Shown: piece by piece, positions 30,317-32,000 of the stretch
Position numbering within the stretch: position 1 is the first letter of the stretch
Layout of the letters: every line of letters begins with the position of its first letter
Assembly (NCBI RefSeq): GCF_047159375.1
Contig: NZ_AP031381.1
Span: 1 to 32,000, forward strand
DNA length: 32,000 nt
Direction: 5' to 3'
Source of the DNA: Enterobacterales bacterium endosymbiont of Anomoneura mori
GTDB lineage: Bacteria; Pseudomonadota; Gammaproteobacteria; Enterobacterales; Enterobacteriaceae_A
Translations under genes and position numbers: made by a program
Notes under the pieces: model-generated
What the model was told of the DNA's origin: nothing
What the model saw: only the letters and a program-made list of their open reading frames with translations
Database searches by the model: none

Positions 30317-31279
30317 TTAATTTATATTTATATTCTTTATTAAATCCATAATTTTTAATTTTCTATCACTAGGTACTTTACGAACTTCTAATTCAATACC
30401 TAAATTATTTAATTTTTTAAATGATTCAATATCTTTTGAATCTACTGAAATTGCATTATTTATTTGAGTTTTACCTTTTTTATATGACATACCACCAATA
30501 TTTATAGATTTTATTATAATACCTTTTTCAACAATTTTTAAAACATCACTAGGATTAGTAAAAAGTAACATAACATAATCATTAGAATATTTTATATTAT
30601 TCCAAACACGAATAGATTTTTCAATTCCAACAACATGTGATGAAATTCCAGGAGGTGATACTTGTTTTAATAAAGTTTTTCTAATATAATCATTATTAAC
30701 TTCATCACTAATAACAATAATACGATCAATTTTTGTTTCTTTAACCCAACTTGTTACAATTTGACCATGTATTAATCTATCATCAATACGCGCTAAAACA
30801 ATTTTCATATGTATATTATTATTTTTAATTTTTTCTATTTTATTATTTTCTTTAAAATTATTTATTTTATTATTTTTAATATATTTATTTTTAAATAATT
30901 TTATTCCATTTTTACCATTTAAATATGCTATATTAATTAATTCTTTAAATGTTATATTATCTTCTCTAGCTAAAAATAATTCTACTAACATTGGAATATT
31001 AACGCCAGAAATAATTTCATAATTATTATGTTTTGTTACAATACGACTAGCAATATTAAAAGGACTTCCACCCCATATATCAACTAAAAAAATAAGTCCT
31101 TTATTTATATTTAAAGATTTTATTGATTTATTATATTTTAAAAATAAATTTTCAGAATTTTCTTCAGATAAAAAATCTATACAATTTACATTTTTTTGTT
31201 TCCCTATTAACATTTCAGTTGTTGATAACATTTCTTTTGCAGCAATACCATGTGTTGAAATTATTATTGCTACAGTCAT
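30317..31279 (-). CDS. manX: PTS mannose-family enzyme IIAB
   Basis: 320 aa. The IIA domain is M..AI.I.THG.AA (phospho-His10 context), VD.WGGSPFN.ASRIV and GVNIPMLVE. The IIB domain is LARIDDRLIHGQ (phospho-His) and ELEVRKV. The Ala/Pro-rich interdomain linker of E. coli ManX is replaced here by an Asn/Lys-rich one. AAGGA SD at 31288-31284. Confidence 0.95.
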   Translation of the reverse strand: MTVAIIISTHGIAAKEMLSTTEMLIGKQKNVNCIDFLSEENSENLFLKYNKSIKSLNINKGLIFLVDIWGGSPFNIASRIVTKHNNYEIISGVNIPMLVELFLAREDNITFKELINIAYLNGKNGIKLFKNKYIKNNKINNFKENNKIEKIKNNNIHMKIVLARIDDRLIHGQIVTSWVKETKIDRIIVISDEVNNDYIRKTLLKQVSPPGISSHVVGIEKSIRVWNNIKYSNDYVMLLFTNPSDVLKIVEKGIIIKSINIGGMSYKKGKTQINNAISVDSKDIESFKKLNNLGIELEVRKVPSDRKLKIMDLIKNININ

Positions 31280-31421
31280 ATTTTCCTTATTTTTATAGTA
31301 TAATAATTATTTAATATATTTATTAATTATAAATATATTAAAATAATATTTTTAAAAATAAAATATAAATTTTTATTAAAAATTTTATATTTTTTTAATA
31401 AATTATTAAATTATATTTTTT

Positions 31422-32000
31422 TTATATTATCCAATTTAAATGCCAATATTTTAATTTTGATAATTCAATTATTTTTTTAATTGCATCATCAAAATCTCCA
31501 ATTTGATCTATAAGTTTGTTTTTTTTTGCTTCTTCACCTAAAAATATATTACCTTGTGATAATTGAATAATTTTTTTAACATCAATATTTCTTCTTTTAC
31601 AAATTAATTTTATAAATTTTATATATCCATTTTTTACATTTAATTCAATTAATTTTGATAAATATTTTGATAATGGTTTTACAAAATTTAAATTTGATAA
31701 AGGTGATTCATTAGAACTATCATAATGAATTCCAAATGAATTTAAAAATTTTTCATAAGTATTAATTATTGTGAATACACCTATAGAACCTGTTATTGTA
31801 TTACTATCAGCAATTATATAATTTGCTGCAGTAGATATCCAATATCCACCTGATGCACATATATTACCCATTAATGCAATTACAGGTTTACCTAATTTAC
31901 GTATATTTAATATTTCTGAACTTATTTTTTCAGAAGCTTCAATACTTCCTCCTGGACTATTAATAAATAATATTATCGCTTTAATGTTATTATTTAATTT
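31422..32000 (-). CDS. sppA: Signal peptide peptidase SppA (protease IV), 5' end beyond the window
   Basis: The track ORF begins at an internal Met (31871). The frame stays open to base 32000, reading ...KAIILFINSPGGSIEASEKISSEILNIRKLGKPVIALMGNICASGGYWISTAANYIIA..NTITGSIGVF. This is colinear with the C-terminal peptidase domain of E. coli SppA (..KAIVLRVNSPGG...GKPVVVSMGGMAASGGYWIS). It ends soon after the WHL motif, so it is shorter at the C-terminus than E. coli SppA. Confidence 0.88.
   Translation of the reverse strand, partial: KLNNNIKAIILFINSPGGSIEASEKISSEILNIRKLGKPVIALMGNICASGGYWISTAANYIIADSNTITGSIGVFTIINTYEKFLNSFGIHYDSSNESPLSNLNFVKPLSKYLSKLIELNVKNGYIKFIKLICKRRNIDVKKIIQLSQGNIFLGEEAKKNKLIDQIGDFDDAIKKIIELSKLKYWHLNWII

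Noticed and set aside
31123-31314. 63-aa ORF on the plus strand
   Set aside because: Antisense to the manX 5' end and its leader, with no independent support.

Overview
This window is 32 kb of an extremely A+T-rich, gene-dense chromosome. It has the hallmarks of a highly reduced obligate endosymbiont derived from Enterobacterales (Buchnera/Wigglesworthia/Blochmannia-like). I cannot name the species from sequence alone. The proteins are Lys/Asn/Ile-rich but colinear with the E. coli orthologues as I recall them.

I call 28 protein-coding genes (sppA is cut by the window end) and 2 tRNAs: mnmG, groES-groEL, cysJ-cysI-cysH, holB, grpE, valS, obg, pnp/rpsO/rbfA/infB/secG, greA, rpe, dnaX, typA, lpdA, tRNA-His, tRNA-Pro, rplT-rpmI-infC, trxB, manX-manY-manZ and sppA. 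Every other tracked ORF is antisense to one of these genes and is rejected.

I see no rRNA, CRISPR, transposase/IS, prophage, toxin-antitoxin or defence genes. I do not find a candidate novel multi-gene system; this reads as ordinary core genome.

The points worth a second look are signatures of reductive evolution and conserved translational quirks:
- infC needs a non-canonical AUU start, which the ATG-based ORF track misses.
- pnp keeps a UUG start.
- nusA/rimP/truB are missing from the otherwise conserved infB-pnp cluster.
- dnaX is only gamma-length.
- rpsO is shortened.
- IF2 has lost its N-terminal region and carries an in-frame 27-bp tandem repeat.
- Very long poly(A) runs sit inside essential genes.
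- The tRNA genes do not encode CCA.
- One spacer has 235 bp with no G or C.
- A single G/C-bearing bidirectional terminator hairpin lies between groEL and cysH.

All homology statements rest on my reading of the translations against remembered orthologue sequences. No database search was run.
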